Of a stretch of DNA of 64,000 bases, positions 24,779 through 36,420 are shown piece by piece. Within the stretch, counting starts at the first letter, position 1. Each line of letters opens with the position of its first letter. The stretch is from Lytechinus pictus. Its lineage: Eukaryota. The stretch is taken from the NCBI RefSeq assembly GCF_037042905.1, contig NC_087252.1:2668001-2732000 (forward strand), in the 5' to 3' direction. A program made the position numbers and the translations under genes. The notes beneath the pieces were generated by a model that worked only from the letters and a program-made list of their open reading frames with translations, was not told the origin of the DNA and did no database searches.

Positions 24779-25853
24779 TAATATCACAAAGTATACATAC
24801 GTCTGGCTTTGAGAGGGATAAGAGGTTTGGCACAGTCCCTTCTCACAAGTCATCGACAGTCAAGGTGCTTACATTGTATTAAGTTACAAAGTAATAATGT
24901 AATACACCGAGACACATTTTAATATGTACATGGCTGTCTGTGAAAACAAAACCATTCGCTGCTAATTAGCATATCATACACACAATCTCCATCCATTTAG
25001 TGTTATCGGAGTTGTTAAGAAGTAAAGGGTTAACCCAAATGAGTTCATGGGTATTTTAGTCTGTTCACCCCGTCCCCACCCCCCACATCGACGCTTATCG
25101 ATGGCCATTGCTGGTGATAATTTTGGATTCTAATTTATCTGTCATATAATTATGGGAAATTAACATAGATCCGTGTTAGTACTCGATGATTCTATAACAC
25201 ATCGACGAACATTTAACCCGTACATTTTACATTAGCATTTTTTTGTTTAATAAACAAAACAATACAAACTGGAAAAGAATAAAACAAATGGATTCTCCAT
25301 ACATGAAAGATATGACTCTTCTTCGCAACGAGGAAAGCACACATACACAGCAGCCATACATCAAAAATTGTTGGAATCATTCCCAAATACCTGAAAAAAA
25401 TATATGCTACTGTGTTGTGCGACAAATTCTATGAATGTGAAAATATGTATATGAATTGGATAGGACTTTTATTGGACATTATATGGGTTTTCGACTTCTG
25501 TATGAGAGGGCAACTGAGAACTGACAAATGTGTATATTTAGAAACAAGTCCTCACGTTTATCCCTGATAAGATATTCAAATCTAACCCTGTAGAACTGTG
25601 ATAAAATCGTTATCTCTTTCGGTATGCCACTCAGCAAGATGCTATGTAATATTGAGTTGAATTGTTTATAAATAAAGGTGGGATGTAAATAAATGCACTT
25701 AATTAATAGTTAAAATAACAAATACAAAAATAAGGGAGATTGACAAGGTTTTGCCGAAACGGAAACTAATGATTTTTTTGGGATTAAATTTGTGATAGCC
25801 TTTCAGCTCATCATTCAAATTGGGTCAAATTTAAGTTTAATCACGGACTCCTG

Positions 25854-26049
25854 TGTGCCGTTTCATAAAGCTGTTCGTAAGTTAAGAACAACTTTAAGAA
25901 CGACTGGTAAACCTTTCTCACGCGCTGCATAATCATCAATGAATATTTAATAGTGAATACTATTTACCAAAAGAAAGGATCACCAGTCGTTCTTAAAGTC
26001 GTTCTTAAAGTCACTCTTAACCTACGAACAGCTTTATGAAACGGGCACC
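25854..26049. mobile_element. Palindromic Harbinger-like MITE just downstream of the GPCR stop codon
   Basis: GTGCCGTTTCATAAAGCTGTTCGTAAGTTAAGA ... TCTTAACCTACGAACAGCTTTATGAAACGGGCAC, plus inner ACTTTAAGAACGACTGGT / ACCAGTCGTTCTTAAAGT. Confidence 0.8.
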
Positions 26050-26195
26050 TAAATCCATTATTACCATACTTAACACCATGTAGAGCGTCATCTTGACAAG
26101 TCCTTTATACATACTCCATTAAAGTAAGTCCAAATACAACTGATTTCACACACTTGAAAATGATAAATACTTTAATAAACGACTGTTGTCTAAGA

Positions 26196-27281
26196 CTATA
26201 AAGCTGCTTCCGAGTGCAATGCAGCTGACGCGGCAACAGATCCGTTGGTCACCCATTTTTCATGACGTCGCTTGAAACGTTTCCGAACTTCTTTGACGAC
26301 AGCGCGCCGATACGAAGTACACATGAATAAATATATGAAAGCATTAATCCAACTGTTACATAATGCGGGGAAAGACACGAGGGTTCCCCATGCCGGTGGA
26401 ATATGGGCGTTGAATATTACAGCCGCCACCATGGTACACATAAGGGGAAGCCACGTGACGAAGAAAGCCGAAGTAAGTACGAGAATTGTCCGAACGCCCT
26501 TGAGACGGTCCGTGGTGTAACGAACAGCGGTCGGGGACATGTTGGCAAGTTCGCGAGTCTTTTGAATGGTGATTATCATAAGGCGAATGTTTACGAAGAG
26601 CAGAATGGAGGCGGGGATGATGAAAGAGACTATGATGATTATAATTAGGGGACGGACCGGGTCTGTACTGTCTAAGTAGAGTAACGCACATAACTTGAAG
26701 TTTTCTTGGGGACTTGGAAGATTCCTTGCTTCGAGCATCGTGAGAGACAAAAGCGCGCCAAGCAATAACACACACGCAAGCACGATGCGCGCCCTCTTCT
26801 GTGTCATGATAGTCGGGTAGCGAAGCGGTTTCACTATAGTCAAGAAGCGATCTACACTAACTAAACACAGACACAGAAGTGCTTGACATGACACCATGGT
26901 GTACACAATGGCTATGACGTCACACGATGCGTGCGAAAGCGGCCAGTTTCCAAAAGTGGCCAACACCATTTCCGTCGGGCAACAGACTAAACCCGACAAC
27001 AGGTCCACCACCGCCAGAGCACTCAGGAAGAACCGCGTATTGTCACTGAAGCAATCCAAAGGCTTCCTCATGATGTACAAGTTCAATGCATTGCAGGATA
27101 TGATGAGTAGGAACGCGAAGGCGTACAAGGCTAGTGCAATGATCGTGATATGGAATTCCACATAGCTAGTCACTTCCTCGGCAGATCCATTGGAGTTTGG
27201 AAGTTCCGTAGTCGGCCACAGCGTCACATAGAGCTCGCTGGAATTGGGTTTGTCAACAGCTATCTCGTTGGCGTCCATCAT
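26196..27281 (-). CDS. Rhodopsin-class (class A) orphan GPCR, 361 aa, intronless CDS; possible chemoreceptor-type
   Basis: Seven hydrophobic segments; N-terminal N-glycosylation sequons (NSS, NGS); TM2 LAVVD; ECL1 WPLSHASC; TM3 DRFLTIVKPLRY; TM6 FFVTWLP; TM7 NSWINAFIY; helix 8 YRRA. Confidence 0.94.
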   Translation of the reverse strand: MMDANEIAVDKPNSSELYVTLWPTTELPNSNGSAEEVTSYVEFHITIIALALYAFAFLLIISCNALNLYIMRKPLDCFSDNTRFFLSALAVVDLLSGLVCCPTEMVLATFGNWPLSHASCDVIAIVYTMVSCQALLCLCLVSVDRFLTIVKPLRYPTIMTQKRARIVLACVLLLGALLSLTMLEARNLPSPQENFKLCALLYLDSTDPVRPLIIIIIVSFIIPASILLFVNIRLMIITIQKTRELANMSPTAVRYTTDRLKGVRTILVLTSAFFVTWLPLMCTMVAAVIFNAHIPPAWGTLVSFPALCNSWINAFIYLFMCTSYRRAVVKEVRKRFKRRHEKWVTNGSVAASAALHSEAAL

Positions 27282-27318
27282 GCCTTTCGTCGTGCTGAAG
27301 GTTTAACTTCTAAGTCAA

Positions 27319-27350
27319 CTGCAGAGAGAAAAAGGACAAAAGAGGAAAGG
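27319..27350 (-). other. 3' splice acceptor of a 5'UTR intron of the GPCR gene
   Basis: Minus strand CCCTTTCCTCTTTTGTCCTTTTTCTCTCTGCAG, ending 37 nt before the ATG. Confidence 0.75.
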
Positions 27351-27524
27351 GTTATTATATAGCCAACACCTTAAAACAATAGAAAGATAGGATCGTGCCC
27401 AGAGGCACCTATTGTTTGGCAGACAAAAGGTGCCCCTCCACTTTCTTCGTCCGAGCCTGATGTTCCGCTGCCTCGATCTGATCGTGTCTCTTCTAAACGA
27501 AGCAATCAGGCATGGTGGCAGGGT

Positions 27525-27720
27525 TCCATGATATTTGCTCCGGCTTGGCAATTGCTCCACTTTAAATTTCACACACTAATCGAATGACCAACTTCAACCC
27601 TGTCTTGACCACTATACCAAATCCGAAATCTTACCCTAATCCTCACATAAAATCATATTGCAACCCTAACCCTACATCCTAGACGAACTTGAGCTCGGAG
27701 CAATTGTCGCAGGAGCAATC
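27525..27720. mobile_element. MITE with degenerate AACCCT (telomere-like) interior, family D
   Basis: CAATTGCTCC ... GGAGCAATTGTCGCAGGAGCAA inverted ends; ACCCTAA/AACCCTA interior; second copy at 50383-50594. Confidence 0.65.
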
Positions 27721-27974
27721 GGGTTCGATTACCGGTCAAACAAACCACAGACTTTGGACAAGAATCTTCTACAATCTTGTCAAGTGCTCGATGTATAATA
27801 ATGGAACAGGGTAATAATGACACATCATAATTATGCTAGACCCGCTGGGTAAACAGTTCATAAGTGCTTAAGTGGCTGCCCTGGATATGACTTGTTGAAC
27901 TTCAAAGCATCCTTTTTATCTGTAAATTGACATTCTACTAAAATCAGCTAACTGTAGGTGTGATTAAGCATATA

Positions 27975-28627
27975 CACTGCAAAAACTCCGGTGTTGATTT
28001 AACACCAGCCCGGAGTCTATATATGTCCACATCAGAGAAGTGTGAAACAACACCAGTTTGGTTTTGGCCTAACACCAGATAGGTGTTTATACAACACCAA
28101 TTAGTATAACAGCATCGATTTGATTATAAACTGGTGTTGTTTCAATACTTCTCTGGTGTGGACATATGTAGTAGTAGTAGTAGTAGTAGTAGTATGGTAT
28201 TTATTCAATAAAAAAACTGGCAAAACAGTCCAAAGACTGAAAAATCCAGTGCACAGTATAAACAAAGGCAAATTACAATATTATAAAGATGAAATAAAAT
28301 AAAAAAATTACATCCAACCAATAATCATATTACACAATCATAAAAGATATACCAAAAGAAAAAAAAAGAAACTTTAAAAAGAAACATATTGATCAATGAA
28401 GCATGTACAAACGTCAAGAAGTGTGAAAGTGTAATTCGAACAGAACGCAACTAGGGCATTAAATGCTATATTACATGTATAACCAAGTAATACGGGGACA
28501 AAAATAAAGGGGGAACAGAGAAAGGGAGAGAGATAGTGAGAGGAAACCAATGTTACGGGAATCATAAATATAAAAAGCAATATAGATTCCGGGCTGGTGT
28601 TAAATCAACACCGGAGTTTTTGCGGTG
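27975..28627. mobile_element. CACTG-terminated palindromic MITE, family A copy 3, interrupted by a ~413-bp insertion
   Basis: Matches copies 1 and 2 up to GGACATAT (28167) and resumes at TATAGATTCCGGG (28581); TA flanks. Confidence 0.92.
28168..28580 (-). mobile_element. 5'-truncated non-LTR retroelement 3'UTR with (TAC)n tail, inserted in the MITE
   Basis: Minus strand is T-rich, then stem-loop CTGG..CAGTC-TTTG-GACTG..CCAG (28217-28249), AATAAA (28200-28205) and a (TAC)n tail. Confidence 0.75.
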
Positions 28628-29509
28628 TATAGCTGTTCGTGGAGATACAGAAGTCAAGAAAACAAATCAATGCACAGGAGCAAAGCCTAATTCCATCCAC
28701 TTAAATCCACTTCCAAGGTTACATGAAACATGAGTTGCATGCAGACCAATGGCTTAAGTCGTTAGGTGCTCAATTTAAGGGCTCATTACTTTTATCAACG
28801 AAAATTACCTGGATGCAGCACACCTCGAATCAATCAACTTAAGTGCAAGGTTTGCTATTCAGTGCATACCTAGTGCGGAAGTGACGATGTGTTCAACTTA
28901 TGAGCCTCATTAATTTTTGAAACATGATATGCTGATAATTAATCTTGTGGATATTAAAAATATGTATAATTCATGTCGAAATTAAAACATGCATTTTTTT
29001 TGTTAATTGAATAATGAAGTGTTGGTGTTGCAGTCTCGTTTGGCATCAGGTCAATTGCCAATTGCCTATACCCACCTTGTCTACTTGCCATTTGGTCAAA
29101 TCACATATTTCATTTCTTGATTTGTTTCAACACGGCAAAACCTATGCAGCAAAAGCTGTTTTTCGTTAGGACCGTGCACAAATATTGCAAACATTGAATT
29201 ATAAGGTCACATAAGATAACAGCATTTAAACATGGAATATGAAATAAAAATTTGAAATATACATAAAACGTAAAATAGAAGGTAACAGTAGCGTATTTTA
29301 GCATCTACTTCGCAGACGCTTTCTCCATCGTTCAGAATCTATTGAAAATACCCGTCAAATCACAATGGACAGATTAGAGGTCATTGTCGAAAGTTGGTGG
29401 ACTGGGACATCACATCGTCTTACGATTTCCGACAAAGGCTGCTTTGTTATGAAGGACTTTTGACAAAAGATAATTGGCATTATAGAACGCGTCTGGGAGT
29501 GATTGCTTA

Positions 29510-29671
29510 TACCTCAGTCACATTTGCGCTACGGCGGCCGTACGGCGAGTCGAAAACAGCCGTTTTATTCATTTTTATTCAAACCATGTATATGCAGCTA
29601 TTACAAAAAATGTCAAAACGGCTGTTTTTGACTCGCCGTACGGCCGCCGTAGAGCACATGTGACCGAGGTA
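29510..29671. mobile_element. Harbinger-like palindromic MITE
   Basis: TTA TSD; TIR TACCTC(A/G)GTCACAT; inner CTACGGCGGCCGTACGGCGAGTC / GACTCGCCGTACGGCCGCCGTAG. Confidence 0.87.
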
Positions 29672-30245
29672 TTAAATTTCCTGATATAATCCTACATCGT
29701 CTCTGCTAACCACTTCGTCAAATTTGACAAACACCCCCTTTATCATTCTGCCCTTTTTCCAATTTTCTATACACATTTCGTCTTTTATTTAATGGTATAT
29801 AACACATATGCAAAGTCTATAATGATCAGATATAGACTTAGACTGGTTTCTTAAAGAAGAATCCAACCTTGGTCATAACATGTTGTGTTGGAGAGGAGAA
29901 ACGTGAATAAAACAGAATGGTGAAAGTTTAAAAGAAATCAGACAAGCAATACGAAAGGTATTCTTTTCACGAAACATGTACTAATCAATAGAATCAGCCC
30001 TTCGAAATTGCATACCCATATCTATTTACATCCAGTGCTAGTAATGGAATCAGAATATGAACATGGCTACGGGTTCAACCGAGATACTTGTCTTCTCCCA
30101 TTTCACCTCGCCGTATGGAGGAGGAAAAGGGTAACAAATTGTTAAGAAAAATATTTGTTAAGAACCACCTTATCATGCTAGCTTTGCGGCAGTCAAACCA
30201 ACGAAACCAACTCATCGTCATAACATGACAAGATTTGCTGTTCTG

Positions 30246-30369
30246 GGCCCCGGAACACATTAATCGCTAATTTGAAAGAGTAATTCTGATTGGTTCCTAG
30301 TCAGTCCACTGCGCAAAATGCGCATGCAACGCTGATCTTGATAGGCCATTTCATTTGTTTTACGAGGCC
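30246..30369. mobile_element. Small Harbinger-like MITE
   Basis: CTG TSD on both sides; imperfect TIR GGCCCCGGAACACA / TGTTTTACGAGGCC. Confidence 0.55.
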
Positions 30370-32154
30370 CTGGATCAGTTTCGCCGGAGTGACTGTAACA
30401 TCATCAATTAAGGAAGACATCCCTCAAGCCACTTTAAAAATCCTCTTTTCCTTCTTTCCTTTGCTCTATTGAATTAATGGATAATCCTGAAACTCCATTG
30501 ATGTCCCAAATTATTTCTGATGGACGTTTCTAAAACAAAATGCAAAGTTGATTGTCATCAGACTTGCAAGGGCACGCGCGCCTGTCAACCAGACAATAAT
30601 ACAAACATCAAGAAGAGTTATGAAGACGGGAGCGGATCTTTCATGGGCTGTGTCCATGACGGGAGGAACAGGGTGGTTAATTAACCGCCACAAGGTGTGT
30701 GCCGGTGTTTGTCGACGATCGACCCATTATCGATTCGCCCATTAGCAATTCGACACAATGCTAATATATGTCTAGGGTGATTTGCCTTTCGCTGGAAAGC
30801 ATGATCAGTCTGAGATTAGCCTTAATACAATCGAATGAAGGTATGGCATTTCTCCATCCTTTCTTCTGGGCATATAAGATATGGGGGTACTTATGAAGGT
30901 TCTCTGAATGTTTTCATCTCTGAATACAAAAAAAAAATCATCATCTAGAATAAATTGCCTCTACAGTCAGACAGTTGGTCCATCATTATCATATTTTTAA
31001 CTATAAATAATGTAGTATCGAAAAGCCAAATTCCAAATAATTTTGCCATCGTTTCCACCTTCAATCCATCCCGATTATTTGTATGATGTTGTTGACTAAT
31101 AAAACAGGTGTTGGTTCGTAAGTAAATATATTAGTGTATTGCTTCTTTTTCTTAATTAATTTTTGAATTCATTTTATATCTCCTTATGTCTTGTCACATC
31201 TTTGACTAATGTATTGTCTGTCAACTTGTAAAAAGGGGGGTCAGTCTCGACAAATCTTTGGCAAATGTTGATCTCCCATGACCCCTTTTGATATTTGTAT
31301 TAAATCATTATTATTTAATTAACCATTCTGATTGTAAAGTTTGTGTGGACAAATATCATTATATAATTATGCTTACTGTTTTTCATAATTAAGATACGAA
31401 ATAATTATGGACAGTTATAGAAATGTGATGAATGAAACAGGTTACAAATATCTGTTATACATGCTGGGTTGCATCATGCATGTAGTTAAGACTCGCCAAT
31501 GCTTAATTTAAAGCTATTTATATAGCATCGATAATGTCAGATTAGCCATCACTACGGTACCTAAATTGATTTAAACTGGATTGAAATCTTCGCAGTGCTA
31601 TTTGAGCGGACTCACCCCTGCCCCTGTGCTGTAGTGGTTCATAAAAGCGTGGTCTAAATCATTATTGGTCTATTAACGAGAAGGTCTAATGACAATTTCG
31701 TCACAGCCGAAGTGAGATTGATTATTCCTAGACTTAATATATGATTAGCCCACTGGATGTAAAAGATCTGATTATAGTGTAAATTAGATTGAATTAATTT
31801 GCAGATCGTGTCAGCGCTAAATGAAGATTAGCACATGGCATCTCGAGATCTCAGCGATGAAGATAGGAGCGTCAAAAGTGTGTCCTTCAAATAACATGAC
31901 GTCACGACCATGATGAGCTGAGAATAATAACCACTATAGCCTTCTTTGATACTGTGATAATGACAGGTTTATATACATTTCCATGGCTACCGAAAAACTG
32001 TTACCGAAGAATTGCAAACTACACACAGGCTTTTAATACCTAATTGCACGAAATGTTAAAAACCATTCTCGCGATATGTCTCGCCAATCTCGCAAAACTG
32101 AGTAGTTCAACATGTTCAATATTTAGATTGTACCGTGCTGATCATCTTACACTA

Positions 32155-33577
32155 CACTGTAAAAAAAAATGTTTGAATCAGTAGTTAACACTTAATGTAT
32201 TTAAGTAGAATTTACAATTTGTAATTATTTTTCGTTGTTTTTAAGTAGTTTCAACTTGTCTTTTAATTTACTTGATTTACTTGATTTATTTGGGTTCAAT
32301 ATACATTTAAGAAAATTCACGTATTAATAGCTAGCTTTGATTGAGTAAATCTAACTCAATTAGGCAAAGATGATTGTTACTTATAAAATCATGTTGAATG
32401 TACTTATATTTTTCAATTAACGCCATATTTAAATAATGCATGAATATTCATTAGAGCAAGTAAATTTTTTTTTTTTTTAATAACTGTCATATCTATTTGT
32501 GTTTGAAATTGTTTTGGATAAGGGTGTGCTAACTATTGTATTCTTTTGTTGAATCAATGAAAAGGCAATATTAAATAGTCATTTAGCAGAAAATTATTCT
32601 CACTGTTTTATTTGTAAGAATGAAACGATCGCGTATAAATATAAATGTCAGTACCTATACATGTACAGGTAAGTGAAAATTCACAAAGTCTAATATTTGG
32701 ATAAAACATGTCTAAAATGAAAATGATGCCACCAAAAGTGGGACGATGGGGGAGCGGACTTTCGAATCACGAAAGTCCACTCCCCCATTTGATATTTTCA
32801 AATATTTTGTTGATTGTTTTACTTAATTGAATTAAGTTATTGTAACTTAATTTTCTTGAGTAAAATGGAAGCAAAGAAAATAAGTAAATTTTACTTAAAA
32901 CTGCCAAAGTCATAAATACTTGAAAAAATTAAGGCAATTTTTTGCCACAATTTTATTAAAGGAGAATGAAACTCTTGGAGCAAGTTAGCTTTTGTGAAAG
33001 CAGAAAAATCAAAGAATAAGATCAGCAAAAGTTTGAGTAAAAAAGGTCTAGCAATAGAAGAGTTATGAGCATTTGAATGTCGAGATCACTAATGCTATGG
33101 AGATCCTCCCATTGGCAATGCGACCAAGATCTATGATGTCACAGATGTACAACTCTCCCCTTTTGGACACTGAAAATATACCCAAAAACATCTCTTTTTG
33201 CTCATTCTAATCATATGACAAACGATTCATCAATGATATAATGTTGTGAAACCTCTGTACTTGTCCTCTCATAAAGAGAACACCTCACCTTGTGATAGAC
33301 TCTATAAAAGTGAGAATATAAGTGAAATAAGTACTAAAGTAATGAGGGAGTTGTACGTGTGTGACATCACAGATCTTGGTCGCATTGCCAATGGGAGGAT
33401 CTACATGGCATTAGTGATCTCAGTATTCAAATGCTCATAACTTTCTTATTATTCATTCAATCTTCCTCAAATTTAAAACAATATGTTTCTTTTATTTTTC
33501 TCTTTGATATGGATTCAGCTGGTTTCGAGGGTTTCATTCTCCTTTAAGTAATTTCTACTAATTTTTTTTTTACAGTG
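32155..33577. mobile_element. CACTG-terminated AT-rich element hosting a nested Kolobok-like MITE
   Basis: TA|CACTGTAAAAAAAAA ... TTTTTTTTTTACAGTG|TA; internal TACTT/AAGTA reiterations. Confidence 0.8.
32960..33543. mobile_element. Kolobok-like MITE nested in 32155-33577
   Basis: TTAA|AGGAGAATGAAAC ... GTTTCATTCTCCT|TTAA; long inner inverted arms (GATCACTAATGC..CTCCCATTGGCAATGCGACCAAGATCT.TGATGTCACA and its reverse complement). Confidence 0.9.
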
Positions 33578-34989
33578 TAGATGGTTCACTATCAACAGGT
33601 CCCACTGGCAAATCATGGAAAATCCATACCGGTTCTAAGGTTAAATATCGAAGACTATCACCCCCGTAACATACCCCGATCTCTCGCGTTTCACCGTGCA
33701 CTATATAGATTTCACCATTTACCATTAAGAATAATTGAAGACACGCGTACTATTGATCAAACCAGCATCGAGATTGACCGAGACAGATATTTGCCAAGTT
33801 CGAAAAATTCACTCAATTAGGAATTAAAAGATAAAACAATATAGACCAAGCATGCTTTATTGACAATCATATGGAAGTCTGACGGTCGCTATGGGAATGT
33901 ATCTCAAGAACCCGTCAATATCACAATATATAACGAGGCTATAATTGTTACTATATCTCGTTTATGACGTCACGTCATCTGAAGGACCCACTTTCGACGA
34001 TTTAAACTTCAACGGCGCGATCTCCAGATAAAATCCAGTGCTGCATTTCATGTCACGCTGACACGACCCGCCACTGCCGGCATCAATGTAAAAAGGGAGA
34101 AAAAAAGGAACGAGAGAGGATAGCAGAAAACATGTAAAATAATACGACCCGACATGGTGAGCACTAGTACAATATATTATGCCCGGTGGTATATAATAAG
34201 GACTAATGTGGAGCGGTATACCCTTATACCATGGGTTTTTTTTTCGTCCATGTTCTTACAGACCCGTTCCGATGCGCAGCGGGATTTTCAATTTTAATTG
34301 AACTGTTTAGATACCGTTGTCCTACATGTATGTAGGCACTATCATTATTCCTATCCATACCACGTTATCTTAACTCATCTAAAATCCATATTTTCGTGAC
34401 AATCGCAGTGATGTGGTCCACTATTCCATAACAATTACCGAAGGCATTCCATATTGAATAACCATAACATATCTTTTTTTCCCGGGAAACAATGTATTCG
34501 TTAAATTTGTATTCCAGATGTATTTGCTGGGGCATATTATTATTTTTTAAATTATGGTTTATGATTTCTATTTAACAGGAATAACGAAGCATGGTCTATC
34601 TGAACAGAAGTAAATAACCAGATAACCAATATTGTTAATCACAGTGAAAGTTTGAAGACTGTTTTAGAGGCAAATCCTTCCAGTATTTAGAAAGCAACAA
34701 TGTGCGCGTTCCAGCTTCGGCTAATGCACACATTTTATCATTATCATCACTGTTATCATTGTGACTATCAACATAAATATTGCTTATTGGTATTCTTTTT
34801 CTTTCTTCATAGCAATTATTCTCATTATCATTAATACAATTCACATTTCTTTCATTTGATTACTATCATGACTATTATTATTAGTAAGATAACTTTCAAG
34901 CAAGGAGGTCGATTTGCCGTGTCGTAAGGTGGCAAGAATGGATTTAGACTGTTGGAGGCTATTAGCATTCATCCGAAACTAATAACATT

Positions 34990-36420
34990 TTCTATATAAT
35001 TATATTTTTTTCGTGAGGATCAAATTCCTCCCTTGAGTAGAATTGTACACCATACGAAATGAGAAGATGGTATCGAAAGTTTAATTTACGACATTTTACG
35101 AGTTCATTTTTGAACGAAATATCATCTGGATTTTACTGGGCAGTAAAAGGCAAATGCGAGAGATTATGTTTTTGGTTTTACTAAGCGGTAAACTTACGAA
35201 TTAATGATGCAGATTGGTAGCATCTGAGCTAAAATAAAGTCCAAGAAAATTATTTTCTTCAACTTGTTTTTACCTTTATGATTCTAGGGTGCCCTTGTTA
35301 CAAGCTGTGCTGTTAGAGTTGTCACCTCCAATAAATTGTAATTTTTCTAAATGTCTTGATGGGAATAGTGCTTGGCATTTGGAAAATATAAGTGTTATTA
35401 AGTTAAACTCTGGAACAGGTATTTCATTAATTTCCACAAAATGAGAGGAATGAGGGCTGGAATTGTAAACAATATTTTGAACACCATCATGACCATATAG
35501 ATCAACCAATTCTTGATAAAATCGGTAGGAATACTTTTGAGGCAGACCGATAATATTCACTACTTACACCAAAAGCTTAGAAAACTTTTCGATATTACTT
35601 TTCGAGTGCGATTCACGCTTTTGTTGTATCATCAATGTGTTCAGGGGAATCCATGATATATCATTTATTTTCCGCAACTTTTCGATGCTTAAAGGTGTTG
35701 TTTAACTTTGTGAGCAGCCAATTAAAAAAATTCTCAAACCAAGATGAAACATGTGTACAAGTGCATGTATTAGAACTAATAAACCCTGAAAACAACCATT
35801 ATTGAGAATGAAAAACTAAAACTACAAGGCAAACCCCGATTTTGTAAATAGGCGTCTATGAAATTAAGATGGTGTTTTCGGTCACTTTATATTTCAATTT
35901 TTGAAGCACTAAATAATTATTTTCGAACGCAATTTTTTCTGGGCTTCATTTTTGTAACATATCACAGACACAGGTGACAAGTGTGACCTTCTAGCTCAGA
36001 TTTTTAAAAAGTCAAACCAATGTTAACCAATCACTTTAATCAAAACAATACAGATCTCAATTCCATATACGTTAATCATTTTCCAAAATAAACCACATTA
36101 TTGTCAAATCAACTTCACTGGATTGCGATTGGTATATATATAGTATTCTTAGGTTTTCCATTTGCTGGGCATTCAAAGGAATATGACGGCGGTATTTTTT
36201 TCGGATTGATCTGTTTGAATAAAAATGCATCGCTAAAGTGGAAAGAGTATCAGAGTTCGGGGTGAGTGCCCCAATTTTCTTGCCAATGCTTACCTTTTAA
36301 TTCTGATGGCGTTCGAAATGAGTTAATCCATTAGATGATATTCAATAGACATGATAGTTGGAAATCTAAATAAATCCAAAATTCCACGTATTTTCCTTCG
36401 TCGTCTTTACAGATTAAAAA
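34990..36420 (-). pseudogene. Decayed CR1/L2-group LINE ORF2 (reverse transcriptase) remnant, split by a MITE
   Basis: Minus-strand peptides in canonical order: VSIGKKIGALTPNSDT (pre-RT), IIGLPQ (GVPQG), LYGHDG.QNIVY (YADD), NLITLIFSKCQAL (NxLxLNxxK), QVEENNFLGLYFSSD..HH*FVSLPLSKTKNIISRICLLLP (thumb), LISYGVQFYS. Confidence 0.62.
35693..36035. mobile_element. Kolobok-like MITE nested in the LINE remnant
   Basis: TTAA on both sides; imperfect TIR AGGTGTTGTTTAAC / GTTAACCAATCACT. Confidence 0.7.

Noticed and set aside
4020..27281. TRIM and GPCR as a functionally linked system
   Set aside because: Convergent eukaryotic genes 20 kb apart; adjacency alone is not evidence of shared function.
35276..35560. 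IGGDNSNSTACNKG as an hAT-type transposase catalytic motif
   Set aside because: Surrounding frames fit an ordered LINE RT motif series better, and no downstream CxxH transposase motif was found.
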